Source: Heterodontus francisci (taxonomy: Eukaryota). Taken from it: a stretch of 64,000 nt of DNA. Below, one piece after another: positions 53,601 to 64,000 of this stretch. The position numbers and the translations under genes are program-made. Location of the stretch: contig NC_090371.1 of the NCBI RefSeq assembly GCF_036365525.1, positions 51,277,654-51,341,653 on the forward strand. The letters are read 5' to 3'. Each line of letters starts with the position of its first letter. The stretch's first letter is position 1. The notes beneath the pieces were generated by a model that was not told the DNA's origin, ran no database searches, and worked only from the letters and a program-made list of their open reading frames with translations.

Positions 53601-53966
53601 CCATGTCTCCGTTATAAAGACGTCTGCAAACGCGACATGAAATCGTGTGACATTGATCACAAGTCGTGGGAGTCAGTTGCCAGCATTCGCCAGAGCTGGC
53701 GGGCAGCCATAAAGACAGGGCTAAATTGTGGCGAGTCGAAGAGACTTAGTAGTTGGCAGGAAAAAAGACAGAGGCGCAAGGGGAGAGCCAACTGTGCAAC
53801 AGCCCCAACAAACAAATTTCTCTGCAGCACCTGTGGAAGAGCCTGTCACTCCAGAATTGGCCTTTATAGCCACTCCAGGCGCTGCTTCACAAACCACTGA
53901 CCACCTCCAGGCGCGTATCCATTGTCTCTCGAGATAAGGAGGCCCAAAAGAAAGAAAAAAAAAAGA
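50607..53966 (+). mobile_element. Near full-length RTE-clade LINE
   Basis: Short 5' UTR, a single APE+RT reading frame and an A/G-rich tail. Confidence 0.95.
50747..53900 (+). pseudogene. RTE endonuclease-reverse transcriptase ORF broken by one frameshifting deletion near 52645
   Basis: SWNVRT, ALQETR, GDFNARVG and TDHSLV (APE); NYRGISLLS, KQGCVLAPTLF and FADD (RT); CxxC..H zinc-finger end. Split into ORFs 50747-52708 and 52536-53900. Confidence 0.92.
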
Positions 53967-55364
53967 ACTTTAAATCTGTGCCCTCTCGTTCTCTATCCTT
54001 TCACAAGTGGCAACGGTTTCTCCCGATCTACTCTGTTCTGACCCTTCATGATTTTGAATCCCTCTATCAAATCTCCTCTCAGCCTTCTCTTCAATGAAAA
54101 CAGTCCAACCTCTTCAATCTATCTACATAACTGAAGTTCTTCATCCCTGGAACCGTTCTCTGAATCTTATCTGTACCCTCTCCAATGCCCTCGCGTCTTT
54201 CCTCAAGTACGGCGCCCAGAATTGGACGCAATCCTCCAGCTGAGGCCGAACTAATGTCTTATATAGGTTCAACATAATTTCCTTGCTCTTGTACTCTGAC
54301 CATATTAATAAAGCCCAGGATACTTACTGTATGCTGTATTAACCACTCTCTCTCGACCTGTCTTGCCACCTTCAATGACGTATGCACATATACGCCCAGC
54401 TCCCTCTGCTCCTGCACCCCCTTTAGAATTGTTCCCTTTATTTTATATTGTCTCTCCATGTTCTACCTAAATGAATCACTTCACATTTATCTGCATTGAA
54501 CTTCATCTGTCACCTACCTGCCCATTCCACCAACTTGTCTGTGTCCTTTTGCAGTTCTATACTATCCTCCTCACAGTTCACAATGCTTCCAAGTTTCATA
54601 ACATCTGCAAACTTTGAAATTGTGCCCTGTCCACCAAGGTCTAGGTCATTAATATATATCAGGAAAAGCAAGGGTCCCAACGGTGACCCCTGGGGAACTC
54701 GACGACAAACCTTCTTCCATCCCAAAAAACATCCATTAACTTTCTTCCTGGTTAAAAAGACAAGTAATAGGAGAAGGATTACACGATACAGCTCGAAGAA
54801 AGCCTGCACAGCCATTCAATAAGATTTTGGCTGATGAGCTACCTCAACTCCACTTTCCTGCCCTATTCTCATATCCCATCATCCCCTTGGGTTCTATAGC
54901 TTTACTTATGTTTTCCCTCCTCGAAGTTGTTAGTGGCAGTTATTCAGTACTAAATTCCTATTTGTCGATTCAATTCTGAGAAGTTGTTAGTATTGCCTTC
55001 TGTCTCCTTTTGTTACACAATAGGCAGCCAACCCACTTACCATCTTGACTAACTTTCTCTGCTTATAGGATGTGTATTCCAAGAATCCCTGAGTCACCTG
55101 AACTTAACATAAGAACTAGGAGCAGGAGTAGGCAATTCAGCCCCTCGAGCCTGCACCTCCATTCAATACGATCATGGCTGATTTCATCTCGGCCTCAACT
55201 CCACTTTCTTGCCCGTTCTCCATAACCCTTCAACCCATTACTAATTAAAAATCTGTCCTTAAATTTACTCAATGTCCCGGCATCCACTGCACTCTGGGGT
55301 AGTGAATCCCACAGACTCACGACCCTTTTGAGAGACAAAGTGATTCCTGACAACGCTGGCAAGC

Positions 55365-55610
55365 GCCGACGTCATCAGGCTGTGCCGCGGTGCGCACATG
55401 CGCAGATGGTCTCCTGCTCTCTGCGCATGCGCTGTGTTCCAGCTTGCCGGGACCAGTTTGCGCATGCGCTGGTGACGTCATCGCGTTACATCGTCTTCCT
55501 CGGGCAACGCGCCAGGTTGGCCTCTGCGCATGCGCTTCATGCAACGCCACCGGATATTCACGCATGTGTCAATCTTCCGATATTCACGCGTGCGTCAAAG
55601 CTTCGGCGCG
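55365..55610 (+). promoter_or_regulatory. CpG-rich housekeeping-type promoter array inside the element
   Basis: NRF1 consensus TGCGCATGCGC at 55422, 55459 and 55525; CRE TGACGTCA at 55473; strong donor aag|gtaagt at 55719. Confidence 0.55.
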
Positions 55611-56002
55611 AGTTTTTGAAAGTGGAAGGAGGAGAGGTTTCGTCGGGCATTTTCTCTCAATTATTTAGTCGTTTTGGAGATTTGCTTCATTTTTATTAGA
55701 CAGAGGAGATTGTTCCAAGGTAAGTTGCTCTGAAAACATTTCCATTCTCTGGGGCACTGCATGTGCTCCAGTCCCTGTTGTAAGTTGCTGTGTGCAGGCA
55801 GTACATGTGCTGCAGTCCAGCGAACAACCTTCCATCTAAACAGTCACTTTCGTTTTTGTAACGTTTCAATGGAGTGCATTCTGTATTTCTTATCTCATCT
55901 CATGTATCCCGTGTGGTCCCTTAATAGCCTTCCTGAACATATGTCTGCCTGTTCAAAGCTCCACTTCCCCCATCTGCGGTACCCTCTCCTTGCTGCTCAG
56001 TT

Positions 56003-56098
56003 ACACAGTCACCTGTTCCTGCACCCATCCGAGCAGTGCACGTGGACACACAGCCACCTGTTCCTGCACCCATCCGAGCAGTGCACATGGACACACAG
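56003..56098 (+). repeat. 45-bp tandem duplication
   Basis: acacag.cacctgttcctgcacccatccgagcagtgcac.tggac occurs twice. Confidence 0.9.
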
Positions 56099-56451
56099 CA
56101 ATCTCATGCCGTGTCCAGTGGGAGCACAAATGTGAATGCTCTTGCTGCGTACACAACTGGTGAGGTGGGAGTGCAGCCACACCATTCTCCATCCTCAGTG
56201 TTGCTTTAAGGCAAAGGTAGGTAAGAGTGAAAGAAATGGAAGGTGATGCTGATAGTAATAGGCAGGATTAAATGGGAGCGTATGGGAAGGCGCAGGAGTA
56301 GCATAACCACTAGCAGGGAACAGCTGGGCTAAATGGCCTGCTTTATGTTCATAGTCCAAGAGAAATGTGCTTCTTTTTCCAGCACCCTCACATCATTCAT
56401 GTTTTCCCTGAGAGCAGCATTGAACCATCACGAGATAGGGGCAGTTACATC

Positions 56452-56912
56452 ATCCTGACTCCTACAGCTGAGGTGGGTACTAAGTGATTCATTGGCGGTG
56501 TTATCAGTACATGCCTATCCTGCAGAGCATAAAGCATGCGCAACAGTAATTTCATTGGAGGGAGGGAAGCTCTGACACTCCTGTTCTTTCCTTATTTATT
56601 TTCATGTAAAACGTGCTCTTGAGAAAACAATCCTTGAGACTTAAGGACGGCATTCAAGCAAAGGAGGCAGTGCGGGAGAGGACGCAAGGTGTGCTGATTC
56701 CTGCATCTGAGGTGGGTAATAAGTGCTTCATTGGTGACGTTATCAATTGGTGCCTTCACTGCAGAACTTAAAAAGGTGTGCACAACAGTAATTTCAGTGG
56801 ATGGAGGGAGGCAAGCTCTGACTCTGATTTGCTTTATTTCTTTTCATGTAAAACATGCCGTCGAGAAAACAATCCTTGAGACTTAAGGTCAGCATTCAAG
56901 CAACGAAGGCAA
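56452..56912 (+). repeat. Diverged ~240-bp tandem duplication (exon plus intron unit)
   Basis: ctgag gtgggt..taagtg..ttcatgtaaaac..gagaaaacaatccttgagacttaagg occurs twice. Confidence 0.85.
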
Positions 56913-57324
56913 CTGGATCATGCTGCGGAGCTTGTCACGATGTGGAAAGGAACATTGCATTTATGGATGAATTGGGAGTGCACATTGGGATGCGCTTGGG
57001 GAACATTCACCAAGAATAGACTGAGCTCAGACTCTTGTGACTTTGCCTTCTTCACAGGGACAATACAGTAGTGGAATAGAGAGCCAAGCGTTAATTCACC
57101 ACAAGGCTCTCCAGGAACAATCTCTTTAGCTGTGCATAGCAGAGTCTGTCTGTCTGTCTCACGGGAATGCTGGACACAACACTCATGCATCCATGCACAG
57201 CAGTTCCTCGGATGCTTAATGAACTTAATAAAACTTCTCAATAATTAAAACCAGAATTGTTGAGGTTTTATTTTGGATGCTATTTCCCCGACTTTGCAAC
57301 TGCACTTCAGATATTCAACTGTGG

Positions 57325-58010
57325 TGGAGGGGTGGGTGAAGAGGGGGGTAGAGGGAGGGGTGGGTGAAGAGGGGGATAGAGGGGTGGGGGGAGAGGGAGG
57401 AGGGGTGGGGAGAGGGAGCATACAAAAGGCAGGGACCAGACAGTTGTAATGCCTGAAGTACTGTTGAGAAGTAGGGGAGAAAGCAACTGGATTGGGCATC
57501 CGCAGCTGGAGGGGATGGTTGAATGGAGAAGGCCGGAAGCGAGAGGCCGTAGAGAGCCGCGGGGAGCGAGCGGCCGAAGACCTTGGTGTCGCCGGGTGCA
57601 GGGACTGGCCGGTAAGTCTTTTGCTGTTGTGTTTATGGCGAATGCACAGAAAAAGGCACTCCTCTTCCGCTCCGCTGCTCCCTCCCCTTCCGCTCCGCTG
57701 CTCCCTCCCCACTGTCCCCCACCGCCACCACCCCCCCCGCTCTCCCCCACCCTCTCCCCTTCCTCCCTCTCCCTCCTCCCTCTTTCCCCCCCTCCTTCTT
57801 TCCCTCCCTCCCTCCCTTTTTCCCCCAGCTCTCCCCCCCCCCCCCCCGCCCCCCAGCCGCTGCCGCCGTCGGCGCTGCTCTCCCCGCCCCCCGCGCTGCT
57901 CTCCCCGGCTCCCCGCGCTGCTCTCCCCGGCCCCCCACGCTGCTGTCACCGGCTCCCCGCGCTGCTCTCCCCGGCCCCCCACGCTGCTCTCCCCGGCCCG
58001 CTCCACTCTC
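57325..58010. repeat. G-rich and C-rich low-complexity tracts plus a ~20-bp minisatellite (cgctgctctccccggcyccc)
   Basis: Direct inspection; about five units between 57870 and 58000. Confidence 0.8.
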
Positions 58011-58680
58011 TCACTCCAGCCATTGTATGCTGCCACGTGTTTGTTAGGTTGCCTCTATGTGATTCTTTGATCAGCGCCATCTTTAGTCCTGGCAGCTGCT
58101 ACAGTCGCAAGCTGTGACATTTTAGTGGCACATGCTGTATTTGCGCATGTGCCAAAACAGCGCCACCTACCGATCGCGTTGTCAACAAATGCAGTCTTTG
58201 AGAGAAGTAATTTCAGTTCCAAAGAAGGGTCACTGATCCGAAACGTTAACTCTGCTCTTTTCACAGATGCTGCCAGACCTGCTGAGTGGTTCCAGCATTT
58301 CTTGTTTTAATTTCTCCTCATCTCTGTTTTAAATCTGCTACCCCTTATCCTGAAACGATGACCTCTCGTTCTAGATTGCCCCACCAGAGGAAACATCCTC
58401 TCTACATCTACTTTGTTAATCCCCTTGATAATCTTATATATCTCGATTAGATCTCCTCTCGTTCTTCCAAACTCTGGAGAGTAAAGGCCTAAACTGCTCA
58501 ATCTCTCTTCATAAGACAAACCCCCTCATCTCTGCAATCAATCTAGTGAACCTCCTCTGAACTGATTCCAAAGTAACCACATGCCAAAATTCCATTTGCC
58601 TTCCTTATTACCTGCTGAACCTGCATACTGAAAGGGAAGACATGCATTTATATAGCGCCTTTCATAACCTCAGATGTCCT

Positions 58681-61600
58681 TGTTATGTCTTGTGGTTCCC
58701 TGGGCTCTGAAATAATCACACTTTTAAACACAGATACTGCAGCTTGCATTTCTTATATTTTACACATTTCTACATGTGTGATGGAATGATACAATGTGTG
58801 TTTGGTGCACAGACTGTAGTGCAGTAGCGGTTGATATGGTATTATGGATATAAATGTATAATACTATTCATGTCTAGTAAAGACATACCATATTCCTAAC
58901 TTTAAGATATGAAGTTTATCTAATGTGGAATCTTTGAAATTGACTTTTCCTTTAAAAAAGTGGAAAATGTGCTGCAAAGATGACCACCAAAGGTCAGATG
59001 ACCTGGTCTGTATTCAGAAACCGCCTCACTGTCTTGAAAAGGCAAAATAGTACATTCCAGACTGAGGTGTCACTGCACCCATCCAGAAACCATCAAGAGA
59101 CATTCCTGAATTAAATGGGTTTCTTCTGAGACAAAGAAGGTGATTGTCTTAAACCAACAACATCCCAGGATTAATGTCTTTCAGGAATTTGTGTGAAAAC
59201 AGTTAGGTTTTTTTCTTAGAGAAAAAGATATTTGTCTGTTTATTTGACCCTAAAACACACTCTGGGACTAACTCACCATTTTTAACATGATTACAGTCAG
59301 TTGGGAGGTGAGCAGTGGGAACCACCTACACCCCTTACCACCTGTCTGTAACAAATTGTTCAGAATCCCAGCTTCGAGACCCCAGTCAGATTAAATGAGA
59401 GATTTGGAAACAGGAGGAATATTGACCTCTAAAACTGGAAAATTGAACAAAAATGTTTTCTTGTATCATTCTTTTCTCGACAGTGTCAGAAACAAAAATA
59501 TGACCACATTTATTGCTGAAGAGTTTGTAGAACAGGGAGGCATATTCCATAATGTTAAATAAATTTAAATATTGAAGATTTAAAAATCTTCGTTGCCTAG
59601 CTTTCAAACAAAAAAGGAAGAAACCTAAAATAGTGAAGAATTTAGCTAGCCATTTTAATCTTGCCCCTGAGCCAGAAGAAACGGGCATGGAACCTGAAAT
59701 GGATAAAATTACACTAGCTAAGATTCAGGTGAAAAGGGACCTTGCTATGGGAAGATTGGAATGAGAGTTTGAGATGCAAAGAGAAGAAGCAAGAAAGTTT
59801 GAGTTAGAAAGGCTGCGAGCACAGGGTGAGAATGCCACCAGCCACTCAAGCCTTATCCCCAATTTAGAACAAAGCTTTGATGAATTAAGACACTCACGGT
59901 TAGTCCCAAAATTTAATGAGGAAGCGGTCAAGTCCTATTTTATCTCCTTTGAGAAAGTAGCTAACAGACTAAATTGACCGAAAGAATATTGGATCCTCCT
60001 CTGTACAAAGGAATGTTAGGTAGAGCACGTGAACCTCAGTCCATGTTTTCAGAAGAAAGCTCACTTGACTATGAACAGAATAAAGCTGCTATATTAAATG
60101 CATACGAGTTAGTTCCTGAAGCCTATCAGCAACAGTTTCAGAATGCTAGGAAAAAACCTACCCAAACCTATATTGAATTTGAAAGAATTAAACACGTGGC
60201 TTTCAACCACTGAATCCAATCTCTCAAGTAGGACTTCTCATATGAAGGTTTGAGAGAAGTGATTTTGCAAGAAGAATTTAAAAATAGCATTCCTCTTAAT
60301 GGAACTGAAGAACAAAGAATTACAAGAGCCAGGGAAGTAGCCATCTTAGCAGATGATTATGAAATAATGCACAGACCCCAAACTCAAAATAAACCTGAGT
60401 CTAGTACAGGCTAGGAAGAGATGGGATGGATGTAGATGAAACAGAAATGGGCTTGAGAGAAAAGGAGAGTAGGAAAGAAAAAACGGATTCGTCGCCAGTT
60501 TTTAAAAGAAGGAACCAAGATAATAAACCAGTAAGGACATGTCCAGTGTGTTTTTATTGTGAAAAATCCAGGCTTAGCAAGGCAGATTGTTGGTACTCCA
60601 AAAAGTCAACAGGGGTCACTGCAGTCAAGACAGTGTCTGTAGCCATGAAGCTGATAAGCCTGTGCTCCAATGTAGCAGAGGGCCAGAATACCTACAGAAA
60701 TTTTTGCAAAAGGGGAAAATGATTCCTTTTGTATCCCAGGAACCAGGCAAAAAGATAACTATCCACGGGGATACCGGTTGTCTTCAAACACTACTTGTAG
60801 CAAAGATTACAGAGATGCCACCCAAAAGCAGAACAAATACCACAGTATTGGTAAAAGGGTTTACTGGCAAATGCTTGAACGTTCCCTCGGTTAAAGTTTA
60901 CCTATAGAGTATGTTGGTCACCAGTGTAGGGACAGTTGGGGTCATTCTGAACTTACCAATGAGGGGTCAACTGATTGCTGAGCAATGACTTGGCAGGAAG
61001 CACAGTATTGTTTCCAGATGGTCCAGAACGGTTCATGGAAACTGTGAGGGGAACAAGCTGCAGAGGGCTGCAAAGTCCCAAAAATCCCACAGGGGGCAAT
61101 AGGGCCAGTAGAAAATAAAAAGGCTAAAAGAAAGCCAGTAGAATTTAAAGAGGCCAAGACAGAGCCAGAAGAAAGTAAAGAAGCTGAGATAAACGCAGCA
61201 GAGGTTGAAGGGAATACACCAGAAGTATGGTTACCAGAAACCTCCTTTAAATATTTAAATAGGGACAAGGAAAGTTCACAAACAGGCAAGCCATGAGTGA
61301 GGGAGATGCCTCACCTAGCTGAAGTGCTACAGTGGAATGAGCGGAAGCTGGACAGCCATGTCCGACAGGACATGCGGCAGATTGAGGAAAAACCCATTCC
61401 TGAAGTAAAGGGAAGGTAATATGCCCCTAAGGTAAAGAGTACTTGTGAAAGCCATAATAAAAATAAAAGTGAGGTCAGTGTGGATTTGCCCACTGAAGAA
61501 TGAAACGGTCAGGTTATAAATCCAAAGCTAACCGAACCCTGTAAATTAGATTCAGAACCCACAAGGGACAAAGTGCAGGAGGAGAATCCAGATGCCTCAC

Positions 61601-61930
61601 AGGGGCTAAAAAGGTTTACCATCCACTGTCACCCTTGAGATAAGAATTATCAATGTGCCAAAATCTGAACTATTAAATCAGTGTGTTGTGGAAGCAGCAG
61701 TTAAGGGGTTAAGGCCCATATAGGCAGTGCAATTTGACAACAGCCAGAAACGATGCAGTGATAGAAATTTGCATATTATAAACATTGGAACAGAACAGAA
61801 AATCCAACCGTGTTTAACACCACATAACTGAGATTTAAAAGTGGGAAAAGGATTGAAGGCATCAAGTTTTCTAAACAAAAGTCTTCCTAGGGCCAGACTT
61901 TGATGCCCAAAAGAGATTCAATTATATTTG
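58681..61930 (+). mobile_element. Degenerate Gypsy (Gmr1-like) element: putative LTR ~58681-59353, gag and protease remnants
   Basis: LVPKFNE..YFISFEKVA, AILNAYELVPEAYQQQF, LREVILQEEFKNSIP, CFYC..ADCW knuckle and GDTGC protease motif. Right boundary uncertain. Confidence 0.75.
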
Positions 61931-61944
61931 GTTTTACATTGGTT

Positions 61945-64000
61945 TTAATTTTCCAAAATTCCCTAGATTCTGGAAAGGTCCCATCAGATTGGAAAATTGT
62001 GAATGTAACTCTGCTATTCAAGAAAGGAGGAAGATAGAAAGCAGGAAACTACAGGCCAGTTAGCTTAACATCTGTCATAGGGAAAATGTTGGACTCTATT
62101 ATTAAGGAGGTTATAGCAGGTTATTTATAAAATCTCAGTGCAATCAGAGTCAACATGGTTTTCTGAAAGGGAAATCGTGTTTGACATTTATTAGTGTTCT
62201 TTGTGGAAGAAACGAGCACTGTGGATAAAGGGGAACTTGTGGATGAGGTGTACTTTGCTTTCCAGAAGGCATTTGACAAAGTGCCACATCAAAGGTTACT
62301 AAACAAAATAAGAGCTCATGGTATAGGGGGTAACATATCATGGATAGAGGATTGATTAGCTAACAGGAAACAGAGAGTAGGCATAAATGGGTCATTTTTG
62401 GGTTGGGAAGATGTAACTAGTGGAGTGCCACAGGGATCGGTGCTGGGCCTCAACTATTTACAGTCTATATCAATGACTAGATGAAGAGACAGAATGTATG
62501 GTTGCTCAATTTGCTGATGAAACAAAGGTAGGAGAGAAAGTTGTGAAGAGGACATAAGGGGCTGGATTTTAAAGCCTCTCCGCTGCTGGGAACAGTGGCA
62601 GCGGGGGGTAATGAAGATTGGTATGGAGGAGGCCCACCATCAACCCTGACGGCGGCAGGCCCCATACCGATCTCAGCCGTGGCGGCGAGGCCTCGTAGCA
62701 GCCGCCCCGCTGCTCAGCAACAGGACCTGCTTTAAAATATGTTAATGCCTACTTACCATGCAGGCCACAGCAATTCAGCCACCATGGTGCAATCTTTATT
62801 CGGGCAGCTGGCAATGCCGTGCCTTTGAATCCCTGTTCAGGGAAACGAGGCCAACACCTGTGGGGAGGGGGAAGGAGGTGATTTTCTCTGTGTGGGGTGG
62901 GGGGGGGGGTGGAGGGGGAGCTGCATTACAATTGCGGATTGGTCGGTGGGGGGGTGGTGATTCAAATCATTTTTGTAAGATTTTATAAGGTCATTAGACA
63001 GCCATTTCTTACAAGTGGTGTTCAAAATCATGAGGGGTCTGGACAGAGTAGACAGGTAGAAACTGTTCCTGTTGGCGGAAGGGTCAAGAACCAGAGGACA
63101 CTGATTTATGGTGATTGGCAAAAGAAGCAACGGCACCATGAGGAAATAGTGCAGCGAGTGGTTAGGATCTGGAATTGCTGTCTAAGAGTGTGATTGAGGC
63201 AGGTTCAATCCTGGCTTTCAAAAGAGATAATTATCTGAAGAAAAAAAAATTGCAGGGCTATGGGGAAAAGATGGGAGAGTGGGATTAGGTGAGTTGCTCT
63301 TGCAGAGAACTGGCACAGACATGATAGGCCGAATAGCCTCCTTCTGTGCTGTAACCATTTTATGATTCTAACTGGATCAATACTTGAAAAAAAAAATCAG
63401 AGAGGAGGGGAGCTGAAGAGGTGTTTTACAGAGGGAATTCCATTGTGGGGCTGGTAGGAGATACAGAGTATATGTGAATAGCTAAAGGGAAGCTTTAAAA
63501 AAAGCAAAGCAGTGCAGGCTCCACATGGTTAGAAGAATTTATCATCTCTGTCAGAAGGCTGTTAAGAGAGATGATGTTCTACCAGAAGTCGTGGTGGAAC
63601 TAGAACCTCTGAAGGTTTTTTGAAAGATATATATGGCCCAGCCTTGGGTGTACAGGGCACAATTTCAAAATGTGCAGATAACACAAAACTTGGAGGTATT
63701 GTGAACTGTGACAAGGATAATGATGAACTTCAAAGGACATAGACAGGTTGGTGGAATGGGCGGACAAGTGCCAGATGAAATTTAATGCAGTGGTTCATTT
63801 TGGTTGGAAGAATGGGGAAATGCAATATAAAACAAAGGGTACAATGCTAAAAAGGGTGCAGGAGAGAGGGACTTTTGGGTATATATGGATAAATCATTGA
63901 AGATGGCAGGACAGGTTGAGAGAGTGGTTAATAAAGCATTTGCGATCCTGAGCTTTATAAATAGGGGCATAGAATACAAAAGCAAGGAATTTATGATAAT
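61945..64000 (+). mobile_element. Degenerate CR1 fragments with a GC-rich MITE-like insert starting at ~62558
   Basis: GNYRPVSLTSVIGKML, FQKAFDKVPH and FAD peptides; ggggctggatttt start following taa. Confidence 0.7.

Larger units (their letters stand above)
50350..54740 (-). mobile_element. CR1 3' fragment hosting the near-intact RTE (host parts 50350-50606 and 53967-54740)
   Basis: Host rejoins as cttacccatt|ctttaaatctgtgccc. Peptide VPQGSPLGPLLFLIYINDL..FAD. Confidence 0.8.
55336..58200. mobile_element. Non-autonomous TIR DNA element, 2865 bp, 5-bp TSD (hAT5/Transib-type geometry; family unassigned)
   Basis: Left end CAAAGTGATTCCTGACAACGC; right end (reverse complement) CAAAGACTGCATTTGTTGACAACGC. 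agaga duplicated at 55331-55335 and 58201-58205. Cleanly interrupts a CR1. Confidence 0.8.
55107..58630 (-). mobile_element. CR1 3' fragment split by the 55336-58200 element and a Penelope piece (58215-58307, TSD taatttc)
   Basis: Host rejoins as gacccttttgagagaagtaatttctcctcatc. Peptide YEERLSSLGLYS.EF..RGDLIE at 58307-58519. Confidence 0.85.

Noticed and set aside
55336-55380. Bona fide V(D)J recombination signal sequence
   Set aside because: The heptamer lacks the essential CAC, there is no ACAAAAACC nonamer at 12 or 23 bp, and no Ig/TCR segments are nearby.
55365-55725. CpG-island promoter and first exon of the next host gene (ELAC1 follows ME2 in human)
   Set aside because: It lies inside a TSD-flanked insertion that splits a CR1, a homologous copy sits in an LTR at ~32900, and no ELAC1 coding exon is visible in the window.
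56003-56098. CRISPR-like repeat array
   Set aside because: Only two abutting units without spacers, in eukaryotic DNA.
57245-58117. Overlapping 100-263-aa ORFs on both strands
   Set aside because: Gly/Pro/Arg-rich by-products of GC low-complexity and minisatellite sequence.

Overview
Vertebrate nuclear DNA, very likely from a cartilaginous fish (inferred from HE1/V-SINE, SacSINE1-like DeuSINE and dense HER1-like CR1 LINEs). The + strand carries the last nine coding exons (4482-42273, equivalent to human exons 8-16) of ME2, mitochondrial NAD-dependent malic enzyme. All introns are GT-AG and the frame is continuous. Introns and downstream DNA are filled with nested retroelements: two CR1-type families, L2, three RTE copies (one near-intact), two Gmr1-like Gypsy elements and many short Penelope-terminus fragments carrying minimal hammerhead-ribozyme motifs. 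The most unusual object is a 2865-bp insertion at 55336-58200. It has asymmetric CAAAG...TGACAACGC inverted ends, a 5-bp TSD, an NRF1/CRE promoter array, a relic multi-exon mini-gene and convergent poly(A) signals. A second copy of its left end lies at ~32856-33058. Repeat family names come from remembered motifs, not from database searches, and most repeat boundaries are approximate.
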